This document shows, in pieces, positions 1 to 7,721 of a stretch of DNA of 11,046 bases. Position numbers and translations under genes: made by a program. The stretch spans positions 1 through 11,046 of the forward strand of contig JAVKIJ010000092.1 in NCBI GenBank assembly GCA_031459535.1, read 5' to 3'. Origin of the DNA: Candidatus Fervidifonticultor quintus. Lineage in GTDB: Bacteria; Sysuimicrobiota; Sysuimicrobiia; Sysuimicrobiales; Humicultoraceae. Position 1 is the stretch's first letter; each line of letters begins with the position of its first letter. The notes beneath the pieces are model-generated. The model was not told the DNA's origin. It ran no database searches and saw only the letters and a list, made by a program, of their open reading frames with translations.

Positions 1-1
1 C

Positions 2-760
2 GCCGTGGCTGTCCTGGCACCCTGGGTGGCGCCATACTCCCCGCTGCAGCAGAACCTGCGAGAGCGCCTACGGCCTCCCGACGCCCGTCACCTCATGGGA
101 ACCGACGAGCTGGGGCGGGATATCTGGAGCCGGGTCATCTATGGCAGTCGGATCAGTCTGCCGGTAGGCCTGGTGGTGGTGGCGTCGTCCACGGCCATCG
201 GAACGGTCCTAGGGTCAGTGGCGGGGTACTGGGGCGGGCTGTCCGATGCCGTCCTCATGCGCCTGACCGATCTGGTGATGGCGTTTCCGCCTATCATCCT
301 GGCCATGGCGGTGGCCGCCGCCCTGGGTCCCGGGATCCAGCACGCCGCCATGGCGCTGGTGGTGGTGGCCTGGCCGGCCTACGCCCGGGTGATGCGTGGG
401 CTGGTCCTGTCGGTGAAGTCTTATGAATACGTGGTCGCCGCGCGCGCCCTGGGGGCCGGCGAGGGTCGCATCCTGCTGCGTACGGTACTGCCAAATTGCC
501 TCGGGCCGGCTGTGGTGATGGCGACGCTGGACTTGGGCCGGGCGATCCTCATCTTCTCGGGGCTGAGCTTCCTGGGTTTGGGCGCCGTTCCGCCCGCCCC
601 CGAGTGGGGTGCCATGGTGGCCGGCGGCATCAATGCCTTCGACCAATGGTGGGTGTCAGGGTTCCCGGGACTCGCCATTCTGAGCGTGGTTCTGGCGTTC
701 AACTTTCTGGGCGACGGCCTGCGGGATGCGCTGGACCCCCGCCTGCGGGGCGCGCCATAG
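2..760 (+). CDS. Peptide/nickel (Dpp/Opp) ABC transporter permease, DppC/OppC type; 5' end lies outside the window
   Basis: The frame is open from the window edge (gcc gtg gct...). It has HLMGTDELGRDIWSRVIYGSR, hydrophobic TM segments, the EAA loop EYVVAARALGA, PPAPEWG and the canonical C-terminus NFLGDGLRDALDPR. Stop TAG at 758-760. Confidence 0.95.
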   Translation, partial: AVAVLAPWVAPYSPLQQNLRERLRPPDARHLMGTDELGRDIWSRVIYGSRISLPVGLVVVASSTAIGTVLGSVAGYWGGLSDAVLMRLTDLVMAFPPIILAMAVAAALGPGIQHAAMALVVVAWPAYARVMRGLVLSVKSYEYVVAARALGAGEGRILLRTVLPNCLGPAVVMATLDLGRAILIFSGLSFLGLGAVPPAPEWGAMVAGGINAFDQWWVSGFPGLAILSVVLAFNFLGDGLRDALDPRLRGAP

Positions 761-765
761 GGACG

Positions 766-774
766 GAGGGAGGA
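766..774 (+). promoter_or_regulatory. Shine-Dalgarno sequence for the M24 gene
   Basis: GGAGGGAGG lies 7 nt upstream of the GTG at 782. Confidence 0.8.
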
Positions 775-781
775 AAAGACT

Positions 782-1927
782 GTGAGCGTGGACTACGGAG
801 CGCGCCTGGAACGGGTGCGGGCACAGATGGACCGCCTGGGCATCGAGCTGATCTACCTGCCGCCGGGCGCCAACTGGCAATGGTTGCTGGGCTTGCGGCG
901 AGAGCGACCCGGGTACACCGCCATCCTGTACCCCGGAGGATGGCTGTACGGCGCGTTTGTGGGGTTGGAGCGGGGGCCAATCCTGGCGTTGCCCCGGATG
1001 GTGGCCGAGTTTGACCTACCCACCCTTCCCGGTGTGGAGGCCCGGGTCCTGCCCGATCGGGGTGACCCCGACGCCCTGCTGCGGGAGATTCTGGCCATGT
1101 TCTCCCTCCGCCGTCGGACGGTGGCGGTGGAGGATCGCGCATGGGCGGTGTTCCTCCTCCACCTGCAGAGGGAACTGCCCGGGGCCACCGTCAGCGTCGC
1201 GTCGGAGATCTTTTCCCCGCTGCGCGTGGTCAAGGATGACCACGAACTGACGCTGATGCGCCGGGCTGCGGAACTGACCGATCAGGTCATGGGCGACGTC
1301 CTACCGCGCCTGCGGGTGGGGGTCAGCGAGCTGGAAATCCTCACCGAGATCGACTACCAGCTGGCCCGGCGGGGGGCTGAGGCGACGTCCTTCCCGACCA
1401 GCCTGTACGTCATCAACCCCCGCCGCCCGGGCGCCATGGTGGAGGTCAAAGGGCGCAGCACGCATCCCATCGAACCCGGCACCGCCGTGCCCTTTGACTT
1501 CGGGGCCGTGTGGGAGGGGTACTGCTCGGACTTCGGCCGGACCGTGTGGGTGGGCGAGCCCCCCGCCGAGTACCGGCGCACCCACGACCTCGTCATGACC
1601 GCCCAGGCCGCCGGCATCGCCGCCCTGCGCGCCGGGGCGCGTGCGGAAGATGCCGACCACGCTGCCCGGCGGATCATCGACAACGCCGGCTACGGGGCGG
1701 GGTTCCGCCACCGGCTGGGCCACGGCATTGGCATGGACGTCCACGAACCGCCGTTTTTGACTTCCGGCGACACCACTGTCCTGCGCCCCGGGATGTGCTT
1801 CACGGTGGAGCCGAGCATCATCCTGGACGACCGCTGGATGGTGCGGGTGGAGGACGTGGTGGTGGTCCGCGACGGAGGCGGAGAGTCCCTGAACGCCTTC
1901 CCCCACGACCTGCTGGTGGTGGCCTGA
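782..1927 (+). CDS. M24B family metallohydrolase (Xaa-Pro dipeptidase/aminopeptidase P-like), 381 aa
   Basis: Creatinase-N-like N-terminal domain, LRVVKDDHELTLMRRAA linker, and all five binuclear metal ligands: D239 (PFDFG), D250 (YCSDFGRT), H314 (HRLGHGIG), E343 (TVEPS), E357 (RVEDVV). H321 (DVHE) is also present. Strong RBS. Confidence 0.92.
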   Translation: MSVDYGARLERVRAQMDRLGIELIYLPPGANWQWLLGLRRERPGYTAILYPGGWLYGAFVGLERGPILALPRMVAEFDLPTLPGVEARVLPDRGDPDALLREILAMFSLRRRTVAVEDRAWAVFLLHLQRELPGATVSVASEIFSPLRVVKDDHELTLMRRAAELTDQVMGDVLPRLRVGVSELEILTEIDYQLARRGAEATSFPTSLYVINPRRPGAMVEVKGRSTHPIEPGTAVPFDFGAVWEGYCSDFGRTVWVGEPPAEYRRTHDLVMTAQAAGIAALRAGARAEDADHAARRIIDNAGYGAGFRHRLGHGIGMDVHEPPFLTSGDTTVLRPGMCFTVEPSIILDDRWMVRVEDVVVVRDGGGESLNAFPHDLLVVA

Positions 1928-1930
1928 GCC

Positions 1931-2809
1931 ATGGAGGTCGGCGTCGTCCTGCCCACCGCAGGGCCCAAGGCCACTCCGGAGAACGTGACGACCGTCGCCC
2001 GCTGGGCGCACGAACTGGGATTCGGGTCGGTGTGGGCCACCGACCATGTTATCCTGCCTGAACGGGTGGAGTCCTGGTACCCGTACCGCTCCCACGGGCG
2101 GTGGGACTATCCGCCCGACACCCCCTGGATGGATCCGCTGCTGGCCCTTCTTCACGCTGGCGCCGTCGCGCCCGGGCTGCGGTTGGGTACCTCGATCCTG
2201 GTGGCCCCGCTGCGCCATCCGGTGCTGCTGGCCAAGCAAGTCGCCACCCTCGATGTGCTGTCGGACGGGCGGGTGATCCTGGGCGTGGGAGCGGGCTGGC
2301 TGCGGGAGGAGTTCGAGCTGGTGGGAGCGTCGTTTGCCGACCGGCGCCGGCGGGTGGTGGAGATGGTGGAGCTGATGCGGACGCTGTGGACCGGCCAGAC
2401 GGTGCACTGGGAGGGACGGTACTACCGGGTCTGCGGAGCCCGGATGTCCCCTCGTCCGGTGCAGGATCGCATCCCGGTAGTGTGGGGAGGGCACTCGGAG
2501 GCGGCACTGCGCCGCGCGGCGCGGTCCGGCGACGGCTGGCATCCGACTCAGATCCCCCTGGGCGATCTACGGGATGGCGTGCGCCGGCTGCGGGACCTGT
2601 GGCAGAAGGCCGGACGGGATCCGGAGGGGTTGTTGGTGGTGGCCCGGCCCGGCACCACGTACCCGATCACCCCCCAGACCCACGCCGAGCACCTGGAGAT
2701 CGGAGTCACCCACCTGGTCGCCGACACGCCCCTGCGGGATCCCGGTATGGCGGCGCTACGAGAGGAGATGGAGCGGGTGGCCGAGGTGTGCGGCCTGCGC
2801 CGGCGGTGA
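1931..2809 (+). CDS. Luciferase-like (LLM) class oxidoreductase, probably F420-dependent (Rv2161c/TIGR03619-like), 292 aa
   Basis: Motifs GFGSVWATDHVILP..YPY, DPLLALL, LGTSILVAPLRHPVLLAKQVATLDVLSDGRVILGVGAGWLREEF, PRPVQ..IPVVWGGHSEAALRRAARSGDGW. ATG follows 3 nt after the upstream stop. The cofactor assignment is an inference from subfamily resemblance. Confidence 0.9.
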   Translation: MEVGVVLPTAGPKATPENVTTVARWAHELGFGSVWATDHVILPERVESWYPYRSHGRWDYPPDTPWMDPLLALLHAGAVAPGLRLGTSILVAPLRHPVLLAKQVATLDVLSDGRVILGVGAGWLREEFELVGASFADRRRRVVEMVELMRTLWTGQTVHWEGRYYRVCGARMSPRPVQDRIPVVWGGHSEAALRRAARSGDGWHPTQIPLGDLRDGVRRLRDLWQKAGRDPEGLLVVARPGTTYPITPQTHAEHLEIGVTHLVADTPLRDPGMAALREEMERVAEVCGLRRR

Positions 2810-2812
2810 GTC

Positions 2813-3913
2813 GTGCGGATTGTCCGGGTTGACATCTTCCAGCACACCTACACCGTCCGCGGCGGGGGCTTCGTGATGTCCGGCGGCCGCGCCGCCACGC
2901 AGATGGACAGCACTCTGGTGCGGGTCACCACCGACGAGGGGCTGGCGGGGTGGGGGGAAGTCTGCCCGTTGAGTCCGGCTTACATCGCCGCCTCCGGCGA
3001 GACGGCCCGCGCGGCCCTGGCCCTGCTGGCCCCGGCGGTGCTGGGTCTGGATCCCTGCCAGCCCGAGGTGGTCTACGCACGCATGGACGCCGTCCTGCGC
3101 GGACACGGCTATGCCAAATCCGCTGTGGACACAGCGGTCTGGGACCTGGCAGCTCGGGCCGCCGGCGTCCCTCTGGCAGTCCTTCTGGGAGGCGTGTTCC
3201 AGGCGGACATCCCGGTCTACATCGGTGTAAGCCTGGACAGCCCCCAGCGAATGCGCGAGGAGGCGGCCGCCTGGCGGACCGAAGGCTACCGGCGCGTACA
3301 GGTCAAGGTCGGAACGTCCTGGCGGGAGGACGTGATGCGTGTTCGGGCTTGCCTCGAGGAACTGGCCGGCGCCGACGCGGTCCTGGTGGACGCCAACGGC
3401 GCCTGGCCCCTCCACGAGGCGGTGCAGGCCGCCGCGGCGCTGGACGACCTGCCCGTCTACCTGGAGCAGCCCTGCGCCACCTTGGAAGCCTGCGCCGCTG
3501 TCCGGCGCACCAGCCGCCGGCCGATGGTCCTGGACGAGAGCCTGGACTCCCTCGACAGCCTCCTGCAGGCGCGGCAGGCCGGGGCACTGGATGTGGCCCG
3601 GCTGAAGTTGGCGCGGGTGGGAGGCATCTCCCGCGCGCGGCTCCTGCGCGACGTGTGCGCCGCCTGGAAGGTGGCGGTGACCGTCGAAGACGCCGGGGGA
3701 GGACCGATCGTCTCATCCGCCCTGCTGCATGTGGCAGCCAGCACCCCACCGCCGGTCCTCTTTGACACGTACCTGCCCACCGCGCTGGCCGCCGAGTTGC
3801 TGGCGACGACATCCATCCGTGTCAGGGCGGGGCGCGGTAGCCTGCCGGAAGGACCGGGCCTGGGGATTGAGATGGACCATCAGGGGTTAACCCCCGTTGC
3901 GGTTGTACGGTAG
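2813..3913 (+). CDS. Enolase superfamily (mandelate racemase/muconate lactonizing enzyme) member, similar to cis-3-hydroxy-L-proline dehydratase and 4-hydroxyproline betaine 2-epimerase (HpbD), 366 aa
   Basis: N-terminal GWGEVCPL..AY and GHGYAKSAVDTAVWDL..LLGG. QVK motif with K165, Mg2+ ligands D193 (DAN), E218 (EQP) and D241 (LDE), second Lys K265, and C-terminal GPGLGI. QxK instead of KxK plus CP..xY is typical of the proline-derivative clade. The exact reaction is not determined. Confidence 0.88.
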   Translation: MRIVRVDIFQHTYTVRGGGFVMSGGRAATQMDSTLVRVTTDEGLAGWGEVCPLSPAYIAASGETARAALALLAPAVLGLDPCQPEVVYARMDAVLRGHGYAKSAVDTAVWDLAARAAGVPLAVLLGGVFQADIPVYIGVSLDSPQRMREEAAAWRTEGYRRVQVKVGTSWREDVMRVRACLEELAGADAVLVDANGAWPLHEAVQAAAALDDLPVYLEQPCATLEACAAVRRTSRRPMVLDESLDSLDSLLQARQAGALDVARLKLARVGGISRARLLRDVCAAWKVAVTVEDAGGGPIVSSALLHVAASTPPPVLFDTYLPTALAAELLATTSIRVRAGRGSLPEGPGLGIEMDHQGLTPVAVVR

Positions 3914-3951
3914 GGTAGGGACCTAGCTGTTAAGTGTCTCCGCAGTCGCCG

Positions 3952-5988
3952 TCAGTCGGATGTTTCGGGCAGGGAGATCACCATCTGACCCCAGGGATCC
4001 ACGATGGCCTCCGCCCCGGGAGGAATGACCGTGGTGCACGACGGCTCTTCCACGATGGCCGGTCCGGTCAGCGTCTGGCCGGGGAGCAGTGCATCCCGCC
4101 GGTAGACGCGGGTGAGCAGCCGCTCGCCCGCAAAGACGGTCCAGCGCGCGGCACCAGGATCGGCCGGACCGGTCAGAATTTTCCCCCGCCTGGGGGGAGG
4201 CGGTGCAGGCAGGACGCCCACTGCCGTCACCCGCAGGGCTACGAACTCAATTCCCTCGCCCACATTGCGGTGGCCGTACCGCCGCTCGTAGGCGTCGTGG
4301 AACCGGCCGGCGAGAGCAGCCAGCGACCGATCATCGACCGGAGAAGGGAGGGAGATGCTGATGGTGTATTCCTGGCCGGCATAGCGCATGTCGGCCGTCC
4401 GCATGCACTGCATCGTGTCGGGGCTGACTCCCTCGTCCCGTAGGATCGCCCTCCCTTCCTCCTCCAGACTCCGGTAGGCCTGCTCCACCTCTGCAGAGTC
4501 GGTCCGGTCCAACGACCGGTAGAACGTCCGGACCAGGCCGTGGCGCAAGTCGGTCTGCAGCATGCCCCACGCCGAGAATGTGCCCGGCGAGGCGGGTACG
4601 ATGACCCGGGGGATCCCCAGGTCCCGGGCCAGGAAGGCGGCGTGAAGAGGGCCGGCGCCACCGAAGGCCACCAGGGAAAACCCCCGCGGGTCGATCCCCC
4701 GCCGGACCGTCAACGCCCGGATGGCGTTGGCCATGCTGGCGTTGACGACATCCAGGACCCCCTCGGCCACCCGCGTGGGGTCCAGGCCGAGCCGGCCGGC
4801 CAGGCGTTCCATTGCCCGGTGTGCGGCGCCCTCGTCCAGCCCCATCGTCCCGCCCAGGAAGTAGTCCGGGTTGATGCGACCTAGCACAACGTTGGCGTCG
4901 GTAACGGTGAAGCTATCGCCTCCTCGGCCATAGCAGGCCGGTCCGGGATCGGCTCCGGCGCTGCGCGGCCCCACCCGCAGCCCGCCAGACTCCACCCATG
5001 CGATCGATCCTCCCCCCGCGCCGATGGTGTGGATGTCCACGGCCGGCATCAGGATCGGGAAGCCTTCCAAGGACACCTCGGTGACCACGTCAGGCTGGCC
5101 GTCCACCACCAGGCTGACGTCGAAGCTGGTGCCGCCCATGTCGATGCCGATCAGGTGGGTGTCTCCCGTCATGCGCCCCACAGCCGCACACCCCACCGCG
5201 CCGCCCACCGGACCGCTGAACAGGGTCTGGATGGGCCGATGCCGGGCCGCCTCCGCGGTCATGACCCCGCCGTTGGACTGCATGACATGCAGCAGGCGGC
5301 TGTAGCCGGCCTCCCGGAGGCGGTCGGACAGGCGGTGCAGGTAGCGCTCCACCGTGGGTGCGATGTAGGCATTGATCACCGTGGTGGAGGTGCGTTCGTA
5401 CTCCCGCCACTCGCGGGCGACCTGATGGGAGAGCGACACCGACACCCCCGGCATGAGGGCCCGCAGGAGCCGGCCGGTGAGCAGCTCGTGTGCCGGGTTA
5501 GCGTACGCGTGGAGGAAGCACACCGCCACTGACTCGTACGCCCCGTCCCGCAGCCGCTGCAGAATCGGTTCCAGTCCCTCCGGGTCCAGCGGCCGCAGGA
5601 CGGACCCGTCGGCGGCCAGGCGTTCGGGGACCTCAAAGATGTCCCGTCTCCGGACCAGGGGTCGGGGGCGGCGGTAGAAAAGGTTGTACATGTCCGGGCG
5701 GTTGGACCGTCCGATTTCGTAAACGTCCCGAAAGCCGTCGGTGGTCAGCAGCGCTACCCGGGCACCGCGGCGCTCCAGGACGGCGTTGAGGCCGGCGGTG
5801 GTCCCGTGGACGAGAAAAGCGATTCGAGGGGGAGGAACCACCTGCCCGATGGCAGCCAGGACGCCCTCGGACAGGTCGGCGGGCGTGGAAAGGGCTTTGG
5901 CGGTCCGGACCTCACCGGTCGAGGGGTCCAGGCTCACCGCGTCGGTGAAGGTCCCTCCGATGTCGACCGCGAGACGCACGTCTGTCAC
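3952..5988 (-). CDS. Hydantoinase A / 5-oxoprolinase family ATP-binding subunit (HyuA/OplA-like), 678 aa
   Basis: AVDIGGTFTD, HGTT, EWREYERTSTT, MQSNGG, SGP, DMGGTSFD, GAGGGSIA, GPRSAGADPGPACYG, TVTDAN, AFGGAGPLHA, DMRYAGQ, GPAIVEE. Start reassigned from 6072 to GTG at 5988, which forms a GTGA overlap with the upstream stop and has RBS GGAGGAGG at 5996-6003. Confidence 0.93.
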   Translation of the reverse strand: MTDVRLAVDIGGTFTDAVSLDPSTGEVRTAKALSTPADLSEGVLAAIGQVVPPPRIAFLVHGTTAGLNAVLERRGARVALLTTDGFRDVYEIGRSNRPDMYNLFYRRPRPLVRRRDIFEVPERLAADGSVLRPLDPEGLEPILQRLRDGAYESVAVCFLHAYANPAHELLTGRLLRALMPGVSVSLSHQVAREWREYERTSTTVINAYIAPTVERYLHRLSDRLREAGYSRLLHVMQSNGGVMTAEAARHRPIQTLFSGPVGGAVGCAAVGRMTGDTHLIGIDMGGTSFDVSLVVDGQPDVVTEVSLEGFPILMPAVDIHTIGAGGGSIAWVESGGLRVGPRSAGADPGPACYGRGGDSFTVTDANVVLGRINPDYFLGGTMGLDEGAAHRAMERLAGRLGLDPTRVAEGVLDVVNASMANAIRALTVRRGIDPRGFSLVAFGGAGPLHAAFLARDLGIPRVIVPASPGTFSAWGMLQTDLRHGLVRTFYRSLDRTDSAEVEQAYRSLEEEGRAILRDEGVSPDTMQCMRTADMRYAGQEYTISISLPSPVDDRSLAALAGRFHDAYERRYGHRNVGEGIEFVALRVTAVGVLPAPPPPRRGKILTGPADPGAARWTVFAGERLLTRVYRRDALLPGQTLTGPAIVEEPSCTTVIPPGAEAIVDPWGQMVISLPETSD

Positions 5989-7721
5989 CGGCGGTCCTCC
6001 TCCGCCCGACGGCGCATCCGCTCGCGCAGCTGCCGGGTGGCGTCCTCGTCCACCTCGTTGCCCCGCACGCACACCCCGTACACCGCCTCAGCGGCCTCGC
6101 GGCTGATGTACCCGTCCAGGAGGTCGTCGAGGACCCGCTGTGCATCGCGCTCCCAGGGCGGTCCGTACCCTCCTCCGCCGGCGGTGGTGCAACGCACCAC
6201 CACTCCCGGTTCCAGGGGCAGGTGGTTGGCCTTATAGAGGACCCGTTCGCGCGGACCGCCCGGATCGATCACACACCGCGCGGTGCGGCCGGGCAGTCCT
6301 CCCGCCGCCCCCCACGCCGGGGTGACGGTGCGCTCCAGCCACAGGACCAGCCGACACCCCGGAGCAGTGGGGAGGTACTCCTTGACCAGTGCCAGACCGC
6401 CCCGGAACCGGCCCGGCCCGCCGCTGTCGGGATCCAGGGCCCGGCGGGTCACCCGCAGGGGATATTTGGCTTCCTCCACCTCCACGGGCAGATTCTTCAG
6501 GTCCCCGGCCATGTAGTTCACCACCGCGTTCACCCCGTCGTCATCGGGCAGGGCTCCCCACCCCACGGCGCTGGCTTCGCCGGTGATGAAGACCTGTCCG
6601 TCGGGCAACCGGCCGGCCACCATGAAGTTCATCTGATCGGAGGGCTGGCCGGCCGGCACCCGTCCCGGCAGGGCATCCGACAGCGCCCGCAGGACCAGCT
6701 CGATCATCAGGCCCAGGTGCGGGGCGTAGTACAGGCACGCCGCAGGTTCCCGGGCGGCGAAAATCGAACCCGGCGGGGCTGTCACCGACAGGGCCCGGAA
6801 GTGTCCCCCGGTGGGCGGCTGGTGGGGGTTAATCAGGAACTTGTAGGCCAGGCGGGCAGCGGACAGGGTCTGGGCATACCCGCAGTTGGTGCATCCAGGC
6901 CGCTGGGGGCTGGATCCGGTGAGGTCGATGTGCAGATCTGAGCCCTGCACCGTCACCGCCACCCGCACGTAGATTGGGTCAGGACTGACGCCGTCGCCGT
7001 CCAGGTAGCCGTCGGCGGTGTAGGTCCCGTCGGGGATGGCCGCGATCACCTCCCGGTCCGCGCGCTCGGCCTGCTCGAAGATGAGCTCGCTCGCGGCCTC
7101 CACCGTGGTCCGTCCGTACCGGCGGAGCAGGCCCCGGTAACGCCGCTCGCCGGTCCGGCAGGCGGCGATCTGGGCCTGCAGGTCCCCCAGCAGGGAGCGG
7201 GGGAGGCGGCTGTTGCGGGTCAGGATGTCCAGCAGATCGAGCTGGAACTCGCCCCGGTGCACGAGCCGGATGGGCCCGAAGCGCAGCCCCTCCTGATAGA
7301 TTTCAGTGGTATCCACCGATACCCCGGCGTCCTTGCCGCCCACGTCCAGCCAGTGGGCCTTGGAGGCCGTAAACCCCACCAGGTCTCCGTCGAAGAACAC
7401 CGGAGAGACCACCGTGACGTCATTAAGGTGCGAGCCGGTCAGGTAGGGGTCGTTGATGGCGTAGACGTCACCTTCGGCGACCCCGCGGGGCGCCATGTGC
7501 TCGTGCACGACGCGGACTGCTTCGTCCAGCGCCCCCAGGAAGATGGGCAGCCCGGGGGCCTGGCCCAGCAACTCGGCCCTCGCGGTGAAGAGGCCCACGC
7601 TGCAGTCTTTCATTTCGTAAATGATGGGCGAGAACGCGCTGCGGTACAGGGTGGCATTCATCTCCTGGGCCACGGCGGCGAAGGCGTTGCGCAGAATTTC
7701 GACGGTGACGGGATCGACCAT
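5985..7721 (-). CDS. Hydantoinase B / oxoprolinase family catalytic subunit (HyuB/OplB-like), 578 aa
   Basis: MVDPVTVEIL..EM...LYRSAFSPIIYEMKDCS, NDPYLTGSHLND, HWLDVGG, YQEGL, GDLQAQIAA, IPDGTY, PVEVEE, DSGGPGRFRGG, GGGGYG, ERDAQRVLDD..GYIS. Start reassigned from 8138 to ATG at 7721, which forms a TGATG overlap with the permease stop and has RBS GGAGGT at 7726-7731. Confidence 0.93.
   Translation of the reverse strand: MVDPVTVEILRNAFAAVAQEMNATLYRSAFSPIIYEMKDCSVGLFTARAELLGQAPGLPIFLGALDEAVRVVHEHMAPRGVAEGDVYAINDPYLTGSHLNDVTVVSPVFFDGDLVGFTASKAHWLDVGGKDAGVSVDTTEIYQEGLRFGPIRLVHRGEFQLDLLDILTRNSRLPRSLLGDLQAQIAACRTGERRYRGLLRRYGRTTVEAASELIFEQAERADREVIAAIPDGTYTADGYLDGDGVSPDPIYVRVAVTVQGSDLHIDLTGSSPQRPGCTNCGYAQTLSAARLAYKFLINPHQPPTGGHFRALSVTAPPGSIFAAREPAACLYYAPHLGLMIELVLRALSDALPGRVPAGQPSDQMNFMVAGRLPDGQVFITGEASAVGWGALPDDDGVNAVVNYMAGDLKNLPVEVEEAKYPLRVTRRALDPDSGGPGRFRGGLALVKEYLPTAPGCRLVLWLERTVTPAWGAAGGLPGRTARCVIDPGGPRERVLYKANHLPLEPGVVVRCTTAGGGGYGPPWERDAQRVLDDLLDGYISREAAEAVYGVCVRGNEVDEDATRQLRERMRRRAEEDRR

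Noticed and set aside
1301..2542. 413-aa antisense ORF spanning the M24 and LLM genes
   Set aside because: It lies opposite two well-supported genes, has no recognisable motifs and is rich in H/G/P/R/Q. This is the typical shadow ORF produced by high-GC codon bias.
3883..3894. Perfect 12-bp palindrome GGGGTTAACCCC near the end of the enolase-family gene
   Set aside because: It is a single copy inside a CDS at the 3' end of an operon, not in a promoter position. It is compatible with chance and has no supporting context.
5989..6072. N-terminal extension of the hydantoinase A ORF to 6072
   Set aside because: It overlaps the hyuB-like 3' end and is low complexity. The GTG at 5988 has an RBS and a GTGA overlap, and sits just before the DIGGTFTD motif.
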